A stretch of DNA of 64,000 nt from Verrucomicrobiota bacterium (GCA_018239815.1 JAFEGP010000027.1:17232-81231), one strand, 5' to 3'; shown: positions 20,422 to 31,224, numbered from the stretch's first letter. Numbers and translations: made by a program. The notes: generated from the sequence alone by a model not told the origin.

Positions 20422-21512
20422 GCAGTACCTGTTTGAATGCGTTGTAATTTCAACAGACTAAAGGTGGCTATAAGCAGGTGCGGCATCAACAAAAGAGGCA
20501 AGGCAAGAGAAAGTTGATGACCAAGTTCTTTGCCTCCAAAAATAGCCACAAGACTGAATAGAGTTAAGACAGCTACCCATATCACACCTCTTATATTTCT
20601 ACTTCTTTGTGTATGAATACCAAAAGCTGCTCCCATTAGTGTAAATGTGAGAGGCATAAGTCCTAAAGAAAAACGTAGGGCTTTTTGAGTTTTGCATTGG
20701 CGCAACTGCTGAAAGGCTTTTTGAGTAGAAAGCTTACTTAGCTCTCGTTCTCTAGCTGAGAGTAAGCGCCAACATAAATGATCATGAGCTAATCTCCAGC
20801 CTTTAGTACGTAAAAGAGTCATCAGCTCTACAGCAGGAGAATGTGTACAATTGAGGTTTTCTAAAATCAAATGATCAAAACCTTGTTCTTGGGGCAGGGT
20901 GGTGATCCAGCTAGTTTGTTCTCCTTGAAGTTCACCTTCGACGATTGATAATCGATCACATAGCCCTAATACAAGTCTCTTCCCTGGAAGAGCTACAACT
21001 AAGTTGGCAACGTCATGTCCTTGACAAATAGGATCCATCTGTACAAAGGCTCCTTTTAATTGTCCTATAGCGGAATGCTGCAACATAACTAAAGGGTTAA
21101 TAGATGTGACTTCTACAATCATTTCTCTTGTTTTGCGATGAGCAGACGTTGCTAACTCAGAATTAATATAAAAGGCCGCTAAACTTAGAAAGCTTCCAGC
21201 GGTTAACAAAGGAAGTAGAATATGCATTAGAGAATAACCACTAGCGCGTAAAGCTGTTAATTCGTTGGCAGTAGAAAGTCTTTGCATCAGCAATAGCGAT
21301 GCCAATAAGCAAGCTATAGGTAAAGCTAACGGCAAAAGAAAGGGGATTTGTAAAAAAATAAATAAGCATAGTTTGGAAAGGGGAACTCCAAAAGCAGCAA
21401 ATTGAGCAACGTCTTCAAGCTGATAGACTAGTAAAAAGGCAATAAATGTGCCTAACGTGAGGCCTAAAATTTTAAAATAGCTTAAGAGTAAGTAGCGTGA
21501 ATAAAGAGTCAT
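20418..21512 (-). CDS. LptF/LptG family permease (YjgP/YjgQ)
   Basis: 364 aa starting MTLYSRYLLLSYFKILGLTLGTF, a typical YjgP/YjgQ N-terminus. It sits in tandem with the downstream paralog. Confidence 0.75.
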   Translation of the reverse strand: MTLYSRYLLLSYFKILGLTLGTFIAFLLVYQLEDVAQFAAFGVPLSKLCLFIFLQIPFLLPLALPIACLLASLLLMQRLSTANELTALRASGYSLMHILLPLLTAGSFLSLAAFYINSELATSAHRKTREMIVEVTSINPLVMLQHSAIGQLKGAFVQMDPICQGHDVANLVVALPGKRLVLGLCDRLSIVEGELQGEQTSWITTLPQEQGFDHLILENLNCTHSPAVELMTLLRTKGWRLAHDHLCWRLLSARERELSKLSTQKAFQQLRQCKTQKALRFSLGLMPLTFTLMGAAFGIHTQRSRNIRGVIWVAVLTLFSLVAIFGGKELGHQLSLALPLLLMPHLLIATFSLLKLQRIQTGTA

Positions 21513-21529
21513 GTTTTACAATTACCGCC

Positions 21530-22462
21530 ATGATTGAACACCATTTGCGTCAGTTTCTCAAGAAGTTTCATGATGGGCGTGCTTTTTTACTCGCTCTATC
21601 TGGAGGTCCTGATTCTATGGTTTTGTTTCGTCTGTTGCTTCAAGAAAATATTCCTTTCTCTGTAGCTCATGTTGATCATGGGTGGAGGGAGGAAAGTGGA
21701 AAAGAGGCGCAGCAATTACAAGAACTGTGCAATGAGTGCCGAGTTCCCTTTTTTCTTCATAAACTTAATATTCAAGGTCCTAATTTAGAAGATCGTTGTA
21801 GACAAGCGCGTTATGCGTTTTTTCGACAGTGTTTAACTCCTCAAATGCAAGGTGTTGTATTAGGGCATCAGGCGGATGATTGGTCCGAAACAGTTTTAAA
21901 GCGTATTTTTGAAGGAGCTAGATTAACAAAATTATCAGGATTAAGACCTGTAACACAATTTGAAGAGATGACTCTTTTAAGGCCCTTGCTTCATGTGCGC
22001 AAGAAACAGATTTTATCCTGGTTGCACCAACATGGACATTGGTTTTTTGAAGATGCTACTAATTTAGATCCAAGATTTTTGCGTTCCCGTTTTCGTTTAG
22101 AGATACACCCTTTTTTAGAGAAAAAATTTGGTAAGGCTTTAGATAGTAGTCTTGTACGATTGGCTCAAGCTTCCTTAGAATTAGAGCATCATGTAAACTT
22201 CTATCTAAATAGATATTCGATTCTTACAGAAGAAGATAGAGTTAGTCTTGATTTCAACCACTGTATTCCTCAAACAGATTTTGAGTGGAGGATGGTTGTA
22301 TCGAGTTTTTTTGAACGGCAGGGTATAAGTATTTCTTCTCACTCCCAACAACAAATTATCGAACACTTGCAGCGGCGTAGCACGCGTAAGACCTTGCGTT
22401 TAAAAAACTGTTATGTGACACTCCATCGTCTGGTTCTTACTCTTCAGCCTGTAATGGTTTAG
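21530..22462 (+). CDS. tilS: tRNA(Ile)-lysidine synthase
   Basis: PP-loop LALSGGPDSMVL and HVDHGWR. The ATG at 21530 is preferred over the GTG at 21497, which would overlap the divergent lpt gene. Confidence 0.85.
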   Translation: MIEHHLRQFLKKFHDGRAFLLALSGGPDSMVLFRLLLQENIPFSVAHVDHGWREESGKEAQQLQELCNECRVPFFLHKLNIQGPNLEDRCRQARYAFFRQCLTPQMQGVVLGHQADDWSETVLKRIFEGARLTKLSGLRPVTQFEEMTLLRPLLHVRKKQILSWLHQHGHWFFEDATNLDPRFLRSRFRLEIHPFLEKKFGKALDSSLVRLAQASLELEHHVNFYLNRYSILTEEDRVSLDFNHCIPQTDFEWRMVVSSFFERQGISISSHSQQQIIEHLQRRSTRKTLRLKNCYVTLHRLVLTLQPVMV

Positions 22463-22565
22463 ACAAGTTTGGATTTTTGTAAGTAGAATTGTTGTAAAAT
22501 TAGTGTTTTATTTAATTTGTTATTACCTATAATTATATTTTAGGCAAATCTAAAGACGTTTCAAT

Positions 22566-25334
22566 ATGAATTACGATAAAAAAAATAAATCAGATGACTC
22601 TCAAAAGAAAGGTTTTCCTTCATCTTTCTTTTTACTCCTATTGGCTGTGATTTTATTGATCCTTACAGTTCAAAATTTCATGACCGTTAAACGGGCTAAA
22701 GTGGGATTTAGTCATCAGGTTGAGCATTTGGTTAATTTAAATCTTATTGTTCCCGAAGAAAGTCGAAAAGTTTCTCTAAATGATAATCTTGTGACATTTA
22801 GCGGTAAATTTCGAGACCAGGAAACAGAAGAGGGTCGTAAGCGTTATCATTATTTAGAGCTTTTAGAATCAAATCATCAATTAAATGATGAGAAACAAGA
22901 GGTTCTAGCAGAGTTAGATAGATTAGAAAAAGCAGTTGTTGATTCTGCAACGTGGTTTTTGGAAATTACAGGTCAGCCCATTCCACAAGGAGGGTATCGA
23001 GTAGTAGGAGATGTCTACAACTTACCTCAGCGAGATAATTCTGTTGTTATTCAACAATTGCCACAGCGTGATGTCACAAACCTGCCTATGCTTAGCACAC
23101 TTCTAGCTAAGGTCAGATCAGACCAAGGCTCTACAAAAAATGCTGAGGATATGGCAGCCTTTGAAGCTGGATTGACTTCTCTTATCGAAGATTTTCGTTC
23201 TCCTTTATTAGGGATCGGTTCAGAAACTTTGAAGCAAGAATTGAAGACAATGAGTCGTCAGGTTGCAGATGCTTCTAATCCTAATACACCTATTGCTGCG
23301 AAGTTAGAATTATATGAACAGGCTTTAGTGCGTTTGAAAAAGATCTCTGAAACATTAGGAGAATCTGTCAATAACATGCGTTTGACAGAATTGCGATCTA
23401 TACGCCAATACAAAGATGAAATCGAAATCTATGCAACATTGTTAGGTAAATTAGAACAAAATCAGGTTCAGTTAGATAAGACTCGTCAAAATGTTGCCAA
23501 TATCATTTGGTTCTTCAATAATAAAGAGCTTTCAACACGTGCTTTAGAAAAACAGGATCCTGAGACATATAGTCATTGGTTTGCAAATGCCAAAGAAGAA
23601 TGGGACAGTTTTAAGAACAACGCAGGGCTTACTTTTAAAGCTCCTGATCAGCCACGTAATCTTGTTTTAGAAAAAAGATTCACAAGCGAAGAGCCAGCAC
23701 CTAACTACATGAGCTACTTGTTTACACTGCTCCCTGTTGTGCTTGTGATTATGTTGCTCTACTTTGTCTTTTCTCGTCAGATGAAAGGAGTAGGTGGCTC
23801 TGCCATGACATTTGGTAAGTCTCCTGCACGCATGCTACAAAAAGGTAAAAACAAAATTACATTTAAAGATGTAGCAGGTATCGATGAAGCTAAAGAAGAA
23901 CTTGTTGAAATTGTCGAGTTTCTTAAGAACCCTTTGAAGTTTACTTCCCTTGGGGGAAGGATTCCCAAAGGTGTGTTACTTGTTGGGCCTCCAGGTACTG
24001 GTAAAACAATGGTAGCAAAAGCTGTAGCAGGTGAGGCGGATTGCCCCTTCTTTTCTATCGCAGGTTCTGACTTTGTTGAAATGTTTGTTGGGGTTGGAGC
24101 AAGCCGTATTCGTGATATGTTTGATCAAGCTAAGAAGAATTCTCCTTGTATCATCTTTATTGATGAAATTGATGCGGTGGGTCGTCATCGCGGAGCTGGT
24201 ATTGGTGGAGGACATGATGAGCGTGAGCAAACTCTTAACCAGCTGCTTGTTGAAATGGATGGTTTTGATACCAATGAAGGTGTCATTCTTATGGCTGCAA
24301 CCAACCGCCCCGACGTTCTTGATAAAGCTTTGTTGAGACCAGGTCGTTTTGATCGACGTGTTGTCATTAGTTTGCCTGATATCAAAGGACGTTATGAAAT
24401 TTTGAAAGTTCATGCCCGTAAGATTAAAATAGATCCTACTGTTGATTTAATGGCTGTAGCACGCAGCACACCTGGAGCATCGGGCGCTGAATTAGAAAAC
24501 TTGCTTAATGAAGCAGCTCTTTTAGCAGCTCGTGTAGGACGTACAGCTGTCACAGGACCTGATGTTACAGAAGCTCGTGATAAAGTCCTTTTTGGGAAAG
24601 AACGTCGTAGCCTTGAATTAGATGAGAATGAGAAAAAAACCACTGCTTACCATGAATCTGGTCATACTGTAGTAGGGTTAAAAGTTGAACACGCTGATCC
24701 AGTAGATAAAGTGACCATTATTCCACGTGGTTTCTCTTTGGGAGCTACGCACTTTTTACCTGAGAAGAATAAGTTGAGCTACTGGAGAAAAGAGATGTTG
24801 GATCAGTTGGCTGTTCTTATGGGAGGCCGTGCAGCTGAAGAAGTCTTTTTAGGGGATATCTCTAGCGGAGCTCAACAAGATATCGCACAAGCTACACAAT
24901 TAGCTCGTAGCATGGTTTGTCGTTGGGGAATGTCGGAGCAATTAGGTCTGATTGCTTATGAAGATAGCTCTGACGTCACAGACTACGGGGTTTCTTATCA
25001 GAATAAAAATTATTCAGAGCAAACAGCCAAAGCTATTGATGACGCGGTTCGTACCTTAGTGCAGGAAGCTTATCAGCGTGCTTTGGATATCGTACGTGCC
25101 TATCGTGCTGAAATTGACCATATGTCTCAGATGTTAATAGAGTTTGAAACTTTAGATGCTGCGGATATTAAAAATATTCTGGCTCATACCTGGGATCCTG
25201 AGGAAAAAAGAAAGAAAATCTCAAATATTGAGAATCAATTCAAACGTAAGCCAGAGACCCCCCCTCCTCTGCCTGATCATATTGTAGATCATCCGGGTGG
25301 AGAAGGTGGCTTTGGATTAACACCTGTATCTTAG
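22566..25334 (+). CDS. ftsH: ATP-dependent zinc metalloprotease FtsH with a greatly expanded extracytoplasmic domain
   Basis: Walker A GPPGTGKT, second region of homology, and zinc site HESGH. About 340 aa lie between TM1 (residues ~20-38) and TM2 (~383-403). Confidence 0.95.
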   Translation: MNYDKKNKSDDSQKKGFPSSFFLLLLAVILLILTVQNFMTVKRAKVGFSHQVEHLVNLNLIVPEESRKVSLNDNLVTFSGKFRDQETEEGRKRYHYLELLESNHQLNDEKQEVLAELDRLEKAVVDSATWFLEITGQPIPQGGYRVVGDVYNLPQRDNSVVIQQLPQRDVTNLPMLSTLLAKVRSDQGSTKNAEDMAAFEAGLTSLIEDFRSPLLGIGSETLKQELKTMSRQVADASNPNTPIAAKLELYEQALVRLKKISETLGESVNNMRLTELRSIRQYKDEIEIYATLLGKLEQNQVQLDKTRQNVANIIWFFNNKELSTRALEKQDPETYSHWFANAKEEWDSFKNNAGLTFKAPDQPRNLVLEKRFTSEEPAPNYMSYLFTLLPVVLVIMLLYFVFSRQMKGVGGSAMTFGKSPARMLQKGKNKITFKDVAGIDEAKEELVEIVEFLKNPLKFTSLGGRIPKGVLLVGPPGTGKTMVAKAVAGEADCPFFSIAGSDFVEMFVGVGASRIRDMFDQAKKNSPCIIFIDEIDAVGRHRGAGIGGGHDEREQTLNQLLVEMDGFDTNEGVILMAATNRPDVLDKALLRPGRFDRRVVISLPDIKGRYEILKVHARKIKIDPTVDLMAVARSTPGASGAELENLLNEAALLAARVGRTAVTGPDVTEARDKVLFGKERRSLELDENEKKTTAYHESGHTVVGLKVEHADPVDKVTIIPRGFSLGATHFLPEKNKLSYWRKEMLDQLAVLMGGRAAEEVFLGDISSGAQQDIAQATQLARSMVCRWGMSEQLGLIAYEDSSDVTDYGVSYQNKNYSEQTAKAIDDAVRTLVQEAYQRALDIVRAYRAEIDHMSQMLIEFETLDAADIKNILAHTWDPEEKRKKISNIENQFKRKPETPPPLPDHIVDHPGGEGGFGLTPVS

Positions 25335-25378
25335 TATCCGTTAAAGATGCGTGGGTAAAAAGTAGAGGAAGGCCTCCC

Positions 25379-25651
25379 TTAAGCCGACGGCTGGGGAGTT
25401 GCCTGTCTTTTGAGCTCTGCGATATAGTAAAGCATAAAGCAACTAAAACCCCCAAAAATCCCAGACATGATAAATAAAGGGGTCGTATTGAGCTGTTGGA
25501 AGGGCTGTTGCTGAAAGTAGGCTGCTAAACCAATACCTAAGAGACTGATGGCAACCAAGGCACACCACAATGCCGCAGATTTGCAGGGGCAGCTATGAGG
25601 ATGTTCTACTCTGCTGGAAGTAGCTACAGCTTCTGATAATGGAAGTACCAT
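25379..25651 (-). CDS. small membrane protein with bilobed hydrophobic domain (Inc-like candidate)
   Basis: 90 aa. The two hydrophobic helices ALWCALVAISLLGIGLAAYF and LFIMSGIFGGFSCFMLYYIA are separated by a 12-residue loop. Confidence 0.5.
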   Translation of the reverse strand: MVLPLSEAVATSSRVEHPHSCPCKSAALWCALVAISLLGIGLAAYFQQQPFQQLNTTPLFIMSGIFGGFSCFMLYYIAELKRQATPQPSA

Positions 25652-25752
25652 AATTCCCCCTTATTGATGCCTTAATTTTATATTAAAATTATTAATTTTT
25701 CATTAATTTAAAATAAGTTAATTAAATTTTAAAATAATAATTTTACCTTTTG

Positions 25753-28185
25753 TTAGCTGGCAGGGAATGGACCTGGTCTTGGATTGACAAGATAACAAAG
25801 GGTGGCACTATCAAATTGTGCGCCGGGATATTCTGAAAGACCTGTTGATTGATTGAGAATTTTGAATTCATAGCGATCCTTAGATCTGTTGTAGGATAAA
25901 GCAATTTTATCACTAGCCGAGACATCAGGGTTTAAGCTGGTTCTCCAGTTAAGATCTGCAAAAGGAATAGCAACAGCACAGTTAACGCAATCACAGATTC
26001 TTCGATAGCAATCAAATAATGAATAATCGTAAATGTCGTGTTGAAGGCAGAAGCGATAAAACTGAGAGGCTAGAACGTAAGGATGCTGAGGCTTTTTCAA
26101 GACGCTTAATGCTGTATACACGTTCTTGGGATCTAATGTTGTTAAGGAAGGAACAGAGCAAATCATCCTCCAATCAGCAAGACTAAGAGGAGCCACTAAG
26201 ATATTATCAGGATGAACAGCAACGTTAGCTTGTTGTCTTAAAATTTTTTTTAGATGACGACGGCTTAAAGAAAGCAGCTCGTCTGATTGAAGGATGCAAC
26301 TGTGATCATCGAATTTTATAATGGCGCTAACGGCTGGGGATTGTCTGATTTTTTCATGCAAGGAAAGAAGAAAGTATTTAGGCGTAGACCCGTTAACAGT
26401 GTGTTCCAATATACTAGTCCGAAATAGGTGACGGATTACAGTGGAGCTGTTGCCATTAAAAGGTAAAACAAAAACATCATTTGTTCGTATCATGTCTAGA
26501 GTTAGAGGAAATTTATCTAATTGATAATGGGGGAGCATGGTCAGATACAAACATTCAGCGAAGTCATCACTTAACACCCATGCACTTAAGCGACTATCAG
26601 GGAGAATTTTTGATAAAAGACGGCTAAACTTGGAAAAGGAAAGATTAGAAAATCGTTGACCAGAAGTATCAATGAAATAAAATTGACGTCCGTCGGAACT
26701 AACTTCCTCTAGGGCATCTCGAATTTTGGTTTTAAAAATTAAAAGAGATTCTAAAAATATGAAGCGAGATAAGTGCTTGATCATAGCTTCTTCGCTAAAC
26801 GAAATCCCAGACTTTTTTAGCGCTTTAACAAGGTCTGCAAGATATCTGTCTCGATCACTTATTACAGGGGAAGGAGCATGATGATTGGTAACTTGAGCAG
26901 CTACACACAGTAGATTGAGTAAGGCATTTCTATTCAAAAAAGTGAGCAGTTGCAAGGCTTCTGTTCTTGTCTCTTCATCAAAACAGTCTTTGAGTTCTCT
27001 AGAGGAAGCTGTTTTGCTTACTTGTTTTTGTGGAGGGATGCTTCCTGTGACCTCATAAACACGGGATAGGGCCGTAACGTCTAGCACAACATCAGGATTC
27101 ACTTCTGTGTGGGTTAACTCTTCTTCTACAAGATAACAGGATGTCAGGTGTGCAAGAGGAAACGTGAGGTCTTTAATTTTTACAGAGTTGGTTTGGAGTA
27201 AACGCATAAGTACTTGGAGGCGTTTATAAGGCAGAGCAGTTCCTATCGTATTGATAGCAACGGTCATTGAGCAGGTAGAATGGGTGGGATATTGGGGATA
27301 ATAGTCTAACATCGATTTTACAAGCACCCAAGCAGTACGTTGTGGTGTAATCGGATGATGAGAAGCTATCTGCCAATCTAAGCGAATATGATTTACTAGC
27401 TCTGCATGCACTCTAAAAGAACCATTGAGTACAGTGCTAAGTTCTGTTTGATAAACAAGAGGGTGTGATGCGATGTCCTGTACGACATGTAGCATGTGTT
27501 GGCAATGTTCAGGGGTTAAGTAAGAGGCAAGGGCAGAGTGTAACAATAGCTTGATAACAGAAGTGGCATCTGCATTAAAAAATCCAGATGGAGAAACAAG
27601 CATTCTGCAAAAAGCTCTGAGAATATATTGAGTAATAGATAAGGGTAGAGCCTCTTTTGCTTTAGATGGCAGAAAAGAAGATTCCTCTTCTAAGCTTCTA
27701 ATATAAGTAAGCATCTCTTGGATGCGATATTCCGCTAAAGTGTCTGTAAGAGTTGGTAAATGCTGATCTCTTTCTAAATAATAAAGAAAAAGAGAGAGTT
27801 CTACTTCAGGAGAAGAAGAAGATAAAATCTGAGAAAGTAAATTACGAGCTTGTCTTTGATCAGTTTGAAGAGAGCGGATCCGGTTTTTGCACAAAGAGAC
27901 TAAGCTTGTATCTTGACTAGCAAGAGGTGCTGGAAACAGTCGTCGTGCTAAAAGTGGCTGCTTTGGATTGGAAGAAGATAATCGTAAGACTTTCCTTTGG
28001 CTTAGAGGACTCCTATCTAATGCTTGCGATGATGAGGATGGAGATCCTTGAAAATGAGGGTCAGTACTGCTAATTGTTTGCTGAGCAAGCTCTCCCACAA
28101 CAGCTTCGTGCAGAGGTCTTTTTTTTGACAAAAAAGGCAAGGCTTCTAAGAGAACAGCATCTTTGGCTATAGCTTTAACAGACAT
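25753..28185 (-). CDS. large hypothetical protein (~810 aa), candidate secreted effector
   Basis: Uninterrupted ORF. The ATG at 28185 is preferred over the upstream TTG at 28212. It has a Ser/Pro-rich, low-complexity N-terminal ~100 aa, and I recognise no family. Confidence 0.7.
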   Translation of the reverse strand: MSVKAIAKDAVLLEALPFLSKKRPLHEAVVGELAQQTISSTDPHFQGSPSSSSQALDRSPLSQRKVLRLSSSNPKQPLLARRLFPAPLASQDTSLVSLCKNRIRSLQTDQRQARNLLSQILSSSSPEVELSLFLYYLERDQHLPTLTDTLAEYRIQEMLTYIRSLEEESSFLPSKAKEALPLSITQYILRAFCRMLVSPSGFFNADATSVIKLLLHSALASYLTPEHCQHMLHVVQDIASHPLVYQTELSTVLNGSFRVHAELVNHIRLDWQIASHHPITPQRTAWVLVKSMLDYYPQYPTHSTCSMTVAINTIGTALPYKRLQVLMRLLQTNSVKIKDLTFPLAHLTSCYLVEEELTHTEVNPDVVLDVTALSRVYEVTGSIPPQKQVSKTASSRELKDCFDEETRTEALQLLTFLNRNALLNLLCVAAQVTNHHAPSPVISDRDRYLADLVKALKKSGISFSEEAMIKHLSRFIFLESLLIFKTKIRDALEEVSSDGRQFYFIDTSGQRFSNLSFSKFSRLLSKILPDSRLSAWVLSDDFAECLYLTMLPHYQLDKFPLTLDMIRTNDVFVLPFNGNSSTVIRHLFRTSILEHTVNGSTPKYFLLSLHEKIRQSPAVSAIIKFDDHSCILQSDELLSLSRRHLKKILRQQANVAVHPDNILVAPLSLADWRMICSVPSLTTLDPKNVYTALSVLKKPQHPYVLASQFYRFCLQHDIYDYSLFDCYRRICDCVNCAVAIPFADLNWRTSLNPDVSASDKIALSYNRSKDRYEFKILNQSTGLSEYPGAQFDSATLCYLVNPRPGPFPAS

Positions 28186-28349
28186 TTTAAAAAGGCGATG
28201 ATAGCTTAACAAAAGTGTTTAAGACAATTTTTTTGGTAAGATCGGATGCTTTAAGCTATCGCTCTAGCTTTGCTTGTTGATCTTATGCTCAAGATTAGTG
28301 CTTTTAAAGGCATGAACTATTTCAGGAATAGAAAATTCATGCTTGAAGT

Positions 28350-29621
28350 TCAAAAGTTAGCTTTCAGAGCCACGACAGTTTCTACATGCATAGTCTGAGG
28401 AAACAGGTCAAAGGGGGTCACTGATTCGATTTGATAATGAGCAAGTAAAGCGAGATCTCGCGCCAGAGTAGCTGGATCGCAAGAAATATAAATCACGTGG
28501 TTAGAACGTAATTGCTGAAGTAAAAGTGGGTCACATCCTTTGCGAGGAGGATTCAAAATGGTTAAATCTGCCGGTTGAGCTTTTGCTTCTCCAACTTGAA
28601 AATGACAATTTGTTATATGATTGAGAACAGCATTTTCTTTTGCACACTCTATAGCTTGTGCAACACATTCGGTGCCTTGGACTGATTTTGCATGGTCAGC
28701 CAAAAACAAGGCAAACGTGCCGACACCTGTATAAGCATCATAAATATGTTCATGGGATTGATTCTTAGTAAGACGTAGTACTTCTTGAATCAAATTCTCG
28801 GCTTGCCATGAGTTAACCTGAAAGAACGAAGCTGGTCCCACTTTGAATTTTTTACCAAGCAAGGATTCAAAAAAATAGGGACGTCCACTTAAAGAACGAA
28901 ATTTTGTGCTTAAGATAGTGTTAGAGCTATTTGTATTAATGTTTTCTACAACACCTACAACATGAGGGAATTTTTTTTGCAACAACTGAGCAAAAGGCCG
29001 AAAATCATTTTGACCCGTTGTAACAAGAATCACTAATGTTTCATGAGTAAAGATACCTTGTCGAATTAAAACATGACGTAAAGAGACAGAATGGGGAAGA
29101 TGTTCGCGAATCCATGTATAGACGTCTTCTCCTTCTCTATTATGGATGTAGCAGTGAGGTACATCGATAATGTCATGGCTATTTTTTCGATATAAACCAA
29201 TCTTACGCTGTTTTTGCGTTTCAAAAACAGGAAGTTGAATTTTATTACGATAATGTAAGGGCAGAGGTGAGGCAACACAGGGTTGTACTTCAGGGAGGTC
29301 TTTTAATTTCCCAATGCGTTCTAAAGCATTGATGACACGCTGACGCTTAAGTTGAATCTGTTGTGTGTATTCAAGATGCATAAGATGACATCCTCCACAG
29401 GTTCCAAAAAGAGGACAGGGGGGAGTTTGTCGAGCCTGTGATGGCTCAAGCACACGTACTAAAGAACCTTTAGCATAATTCTGTTTGCGTAAGGTAAGAG
29501 TTACCTCAACATGTTCACCCGGCAAAGCGCCTTCAACAAAAATTTTTAATCCATCTTCTAAGGTTCCAATACCCTCTCCTAGAGCTCCCAATGCATGGAT
29601 TAAAACTTGATAAGACGACAT
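28350..29621 (-). CDS. 23S rRNA (uracil-5-)-methyltransferase, RumA/RlmD family
   Basis: N-terminal TRAM-like domain, Fe-S cysteines PPCPLFGTCGGCHLMH, SAM motif DAYTGVGTFAL, and catalytic region ISCDPATLARD. Confidence 0.88.
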   Translation of the reverse strand: MSSYQVLIHALGALGEGIGTLEDGLKIFVEGALPGEHVEVTLTLRKQNYAKGSLVRVLEPSQARQTPPCPLFGTCGGCHLMHLEYTQQIQLKRQRVINALERIGKLKDLPEVQPCVASPLPLHYRNKIQLPVFETQKQRKIGLYRKNSHDIIDVPHCYIHNREGEDVYTWIREHLPHSVSLRHVLIRQGIFTHETLVILVTTGQNDFRPFAQLLQKKFPHVVGVVENINTNSSNTILSTKFRSLSGRPYFFESLLGKKFKVGPASFFQVNSWQAENLIQEVLRLTKNQSHEHIYDAYTGVGTFALFLADHAKSVQGTECVAQAIECAKENAVLNHITNCHFQVGEAKAQPADLTILNPPRKGCDPLLLQQLRSNHVIYISCDPATLARDLALLAHYQIESVTPFDLFPQTMHVETVVALKANF

Positions 29622-29691
29622 AAAAGAATGATAAAATAATTATAGATAATAAAGTATCTAATAATAAAGCTTTATTGTCTATAGGGAGCTT

Positions 29692-30120
29692 TTATAAGAC
29701 AGGAGGGAGATAATCCCTAATTTCTTGTGCTGTCGCATGAACGATATCTTTGTGAACATCATCCTGAAGCAACTTAGTTGCAGAAGAACTTAAAGCGCTA
29801 CGTAGAAGGCTTACAAAAGGAGATTTTGCAACGATATAAAGGCGATCAAACGTATGTTGATTTACGCCTTTTTCAATATAGTCGGCAAGTTGACGGGCAA
29901 AAATAGAAGCTTCTTTTTCTTTGATAGATGTGCGTGGCTCCAAACCATCCGAGCCAAAAGACCCACGATAAGAACCTTGTTTATCAGACACTAAATCTTG
30001 GGGGTGTTTGTGACCTTCATCATGTTTCAAGATCGTTAACTCAATCAAAGTGTTACCGTTTTCAGAATGAAAAACTTTTGCTTCACTTTGATTTGCTACA
30101 ACAACCCAAACTTTTCTCAT
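29692..30120 (-). CDS. host-attachment protein family (bacterial eRF1-like, baeRF1) protein
   Basis: 142 aa. The N-terminus VWVVVANQSEAKVF and overall layout resemble the family annotated as 'protein required for attachment to host cells'. Confidence 0.6.
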   Translation of the reverse strand: MRKVWVVVANQSEAKVFHSENGNTLIELTILKHDEGHKHPQDLVSDKQGSYRGSFGSDGLEPRTSIKEKEASIFARQLADYIEKGVNQHTFDRLYIVAKSPFVSLLRSALSSSATKLLQDDVHKDIVHATAQEIRDYLPPVL

Positions 30121-30336
30121 TTTTACCTTTCCTAAGTAAGTATCTGATATGTTCTTAACAGGCTCACAACGTACACAGAATAGGGGAGGAAGTCAATAAA
30201 GAAAACAAACAAGCTTTCACAAAAGCTAAGAAAATTCTCAAATAGGAGCTTTTGAATAGAATAAGAAATCTCGTTGACAGATTCTCAAATCCTGACATAT
30301 GGTGGCGCTTCTATAATTTATAGGCTCATGACGATC

Positions 30337-31203
30337 ATGAAACGCTTTGCTCTTGTCGCAGCGCTTTTTTCTTTACGCATGCATGCGCTTCCTATAGGTA
30401 ATATTGCCGACGGGGAGTTATATCAAAACAGCATATGTTGGAATGGTTCGGTATGTTGTAAATATGGAACAACGCTGTGTCAAGCTCTGGGTTTGCGTGT
30501 TGGATTTTACGGCGATTATGTCTACAACCGCTTTCTTGAAGTTAATCAAACGTACATTCCTTCTTCCTCAATTCAACAAACAACTCTGAGCACAAATGCG
30601 GGATTAGTCATCCTAAATTTTTTTGAATGGTTAGATGTTTTTGCAACTTTGGGGACAACATCTTTAGATTTATCCACAAATGGCTACTCTTTTGCTAATA
30701 GTCTAGGAACAGATACTGTTAAGATTTCCATGCAATTTCCGGCGCAGTTTTCCTGGAGTGTAGGCATGACTGGAACCATATGGACTTATCGATGTTTTGT
30801 GTTTGGTTTTGAAGGTCAATATTTTAGAGTAAACCCTCAGTTAACTAATTTTACGCGTTTGAATACAGGACGGGCGGATTATCTTAACCGTCCAACCGCC
30901 TACCAAGAATGGCAGGCAGGGGTGGGAGCAGCCTATCGTTTTACAACAGGATACAGTGGCGTGACTTTTGTGCCTTATGTGGGAACAAAGTGGTCTTCCG
31001 GTAAGTTTAGCTTCAATGATTATACATTCTCTTTCCCAGGTGTCACTTCGGGTCACTATACGTTGTACAACCTTACCCCTCAAAAATCTTGGGGCCTAGC
31101 CGTAGGTATGACAGCGATGTTTTGTCAAACAGCAGGTCTTAATATTGAGGGTAGATGGGCTGATGAAAGTGCACTCAGCGTTCAGGGGCAAGTTCGTTTT
31201 TAA
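30337..31203 (+). CDS. MOMP-like outer membrane porin, paralog 1 of 4
   Basis: Signal peptide followed by LPIGN. LRVGFYGDYVYNRFL resembles chlamydial MOMP MRMGYYGDFVFDRVL. The C-terminus is EGRWADESALSVQGQVRF. Start set at the ATG at 30337. Confidence 0.85.
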   Translation: MKRFALVAALFSLRMHALPIGNIADGELYQNSICWNGSVCCKYGTTLCQALGLRVGFYGDYVYNRFLEVNQTYIPSSSIQQTTLSTNAGLVILNFFEWLDVFATLGTTSLDLSTNGYSFANSLGTDTVKISMQFPAQFSWSVGMTGTIWTYRCFVFGFEGQYFRVNPQLTNFTRLNTGRADYLNRPTAYQEWQAGVGAAYRFTTGYSGVTFVPYVGTKWSSGKFSFNDYTFSFPGVTSGHYTLYNLTPQKSWGLAVGMTAMFCQTAGLNIEGRWADESALSVQGQVRF

Positions 31204-31224
31204 AAAAATCTTACCTTGGGTGCC

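Noticed and set aside
23777-24643. Several 63-145 aa ORFs on both strands inside ftsH
   Set aside because: They are shadow ORFs within a strongly supported, motif-rich CDS, with no independent signals.
25753-28185. Possible USP-like Cys box (HSTCSMTVAINT versus GNTCYMNS) in the 810 aa orphan
   Set aside because: I could find no matching His box and the similarity is confined to about 4 residues, so I make no deubiquitinase call.
30274-30302. TTGACA with a weak -10 (TATGGT, 18 nt spacer) upstream of the first porin gene
   Set aside because: It is plausible, but the -10 is poor and the spacing non-optimal, so I did not list it as a feature.
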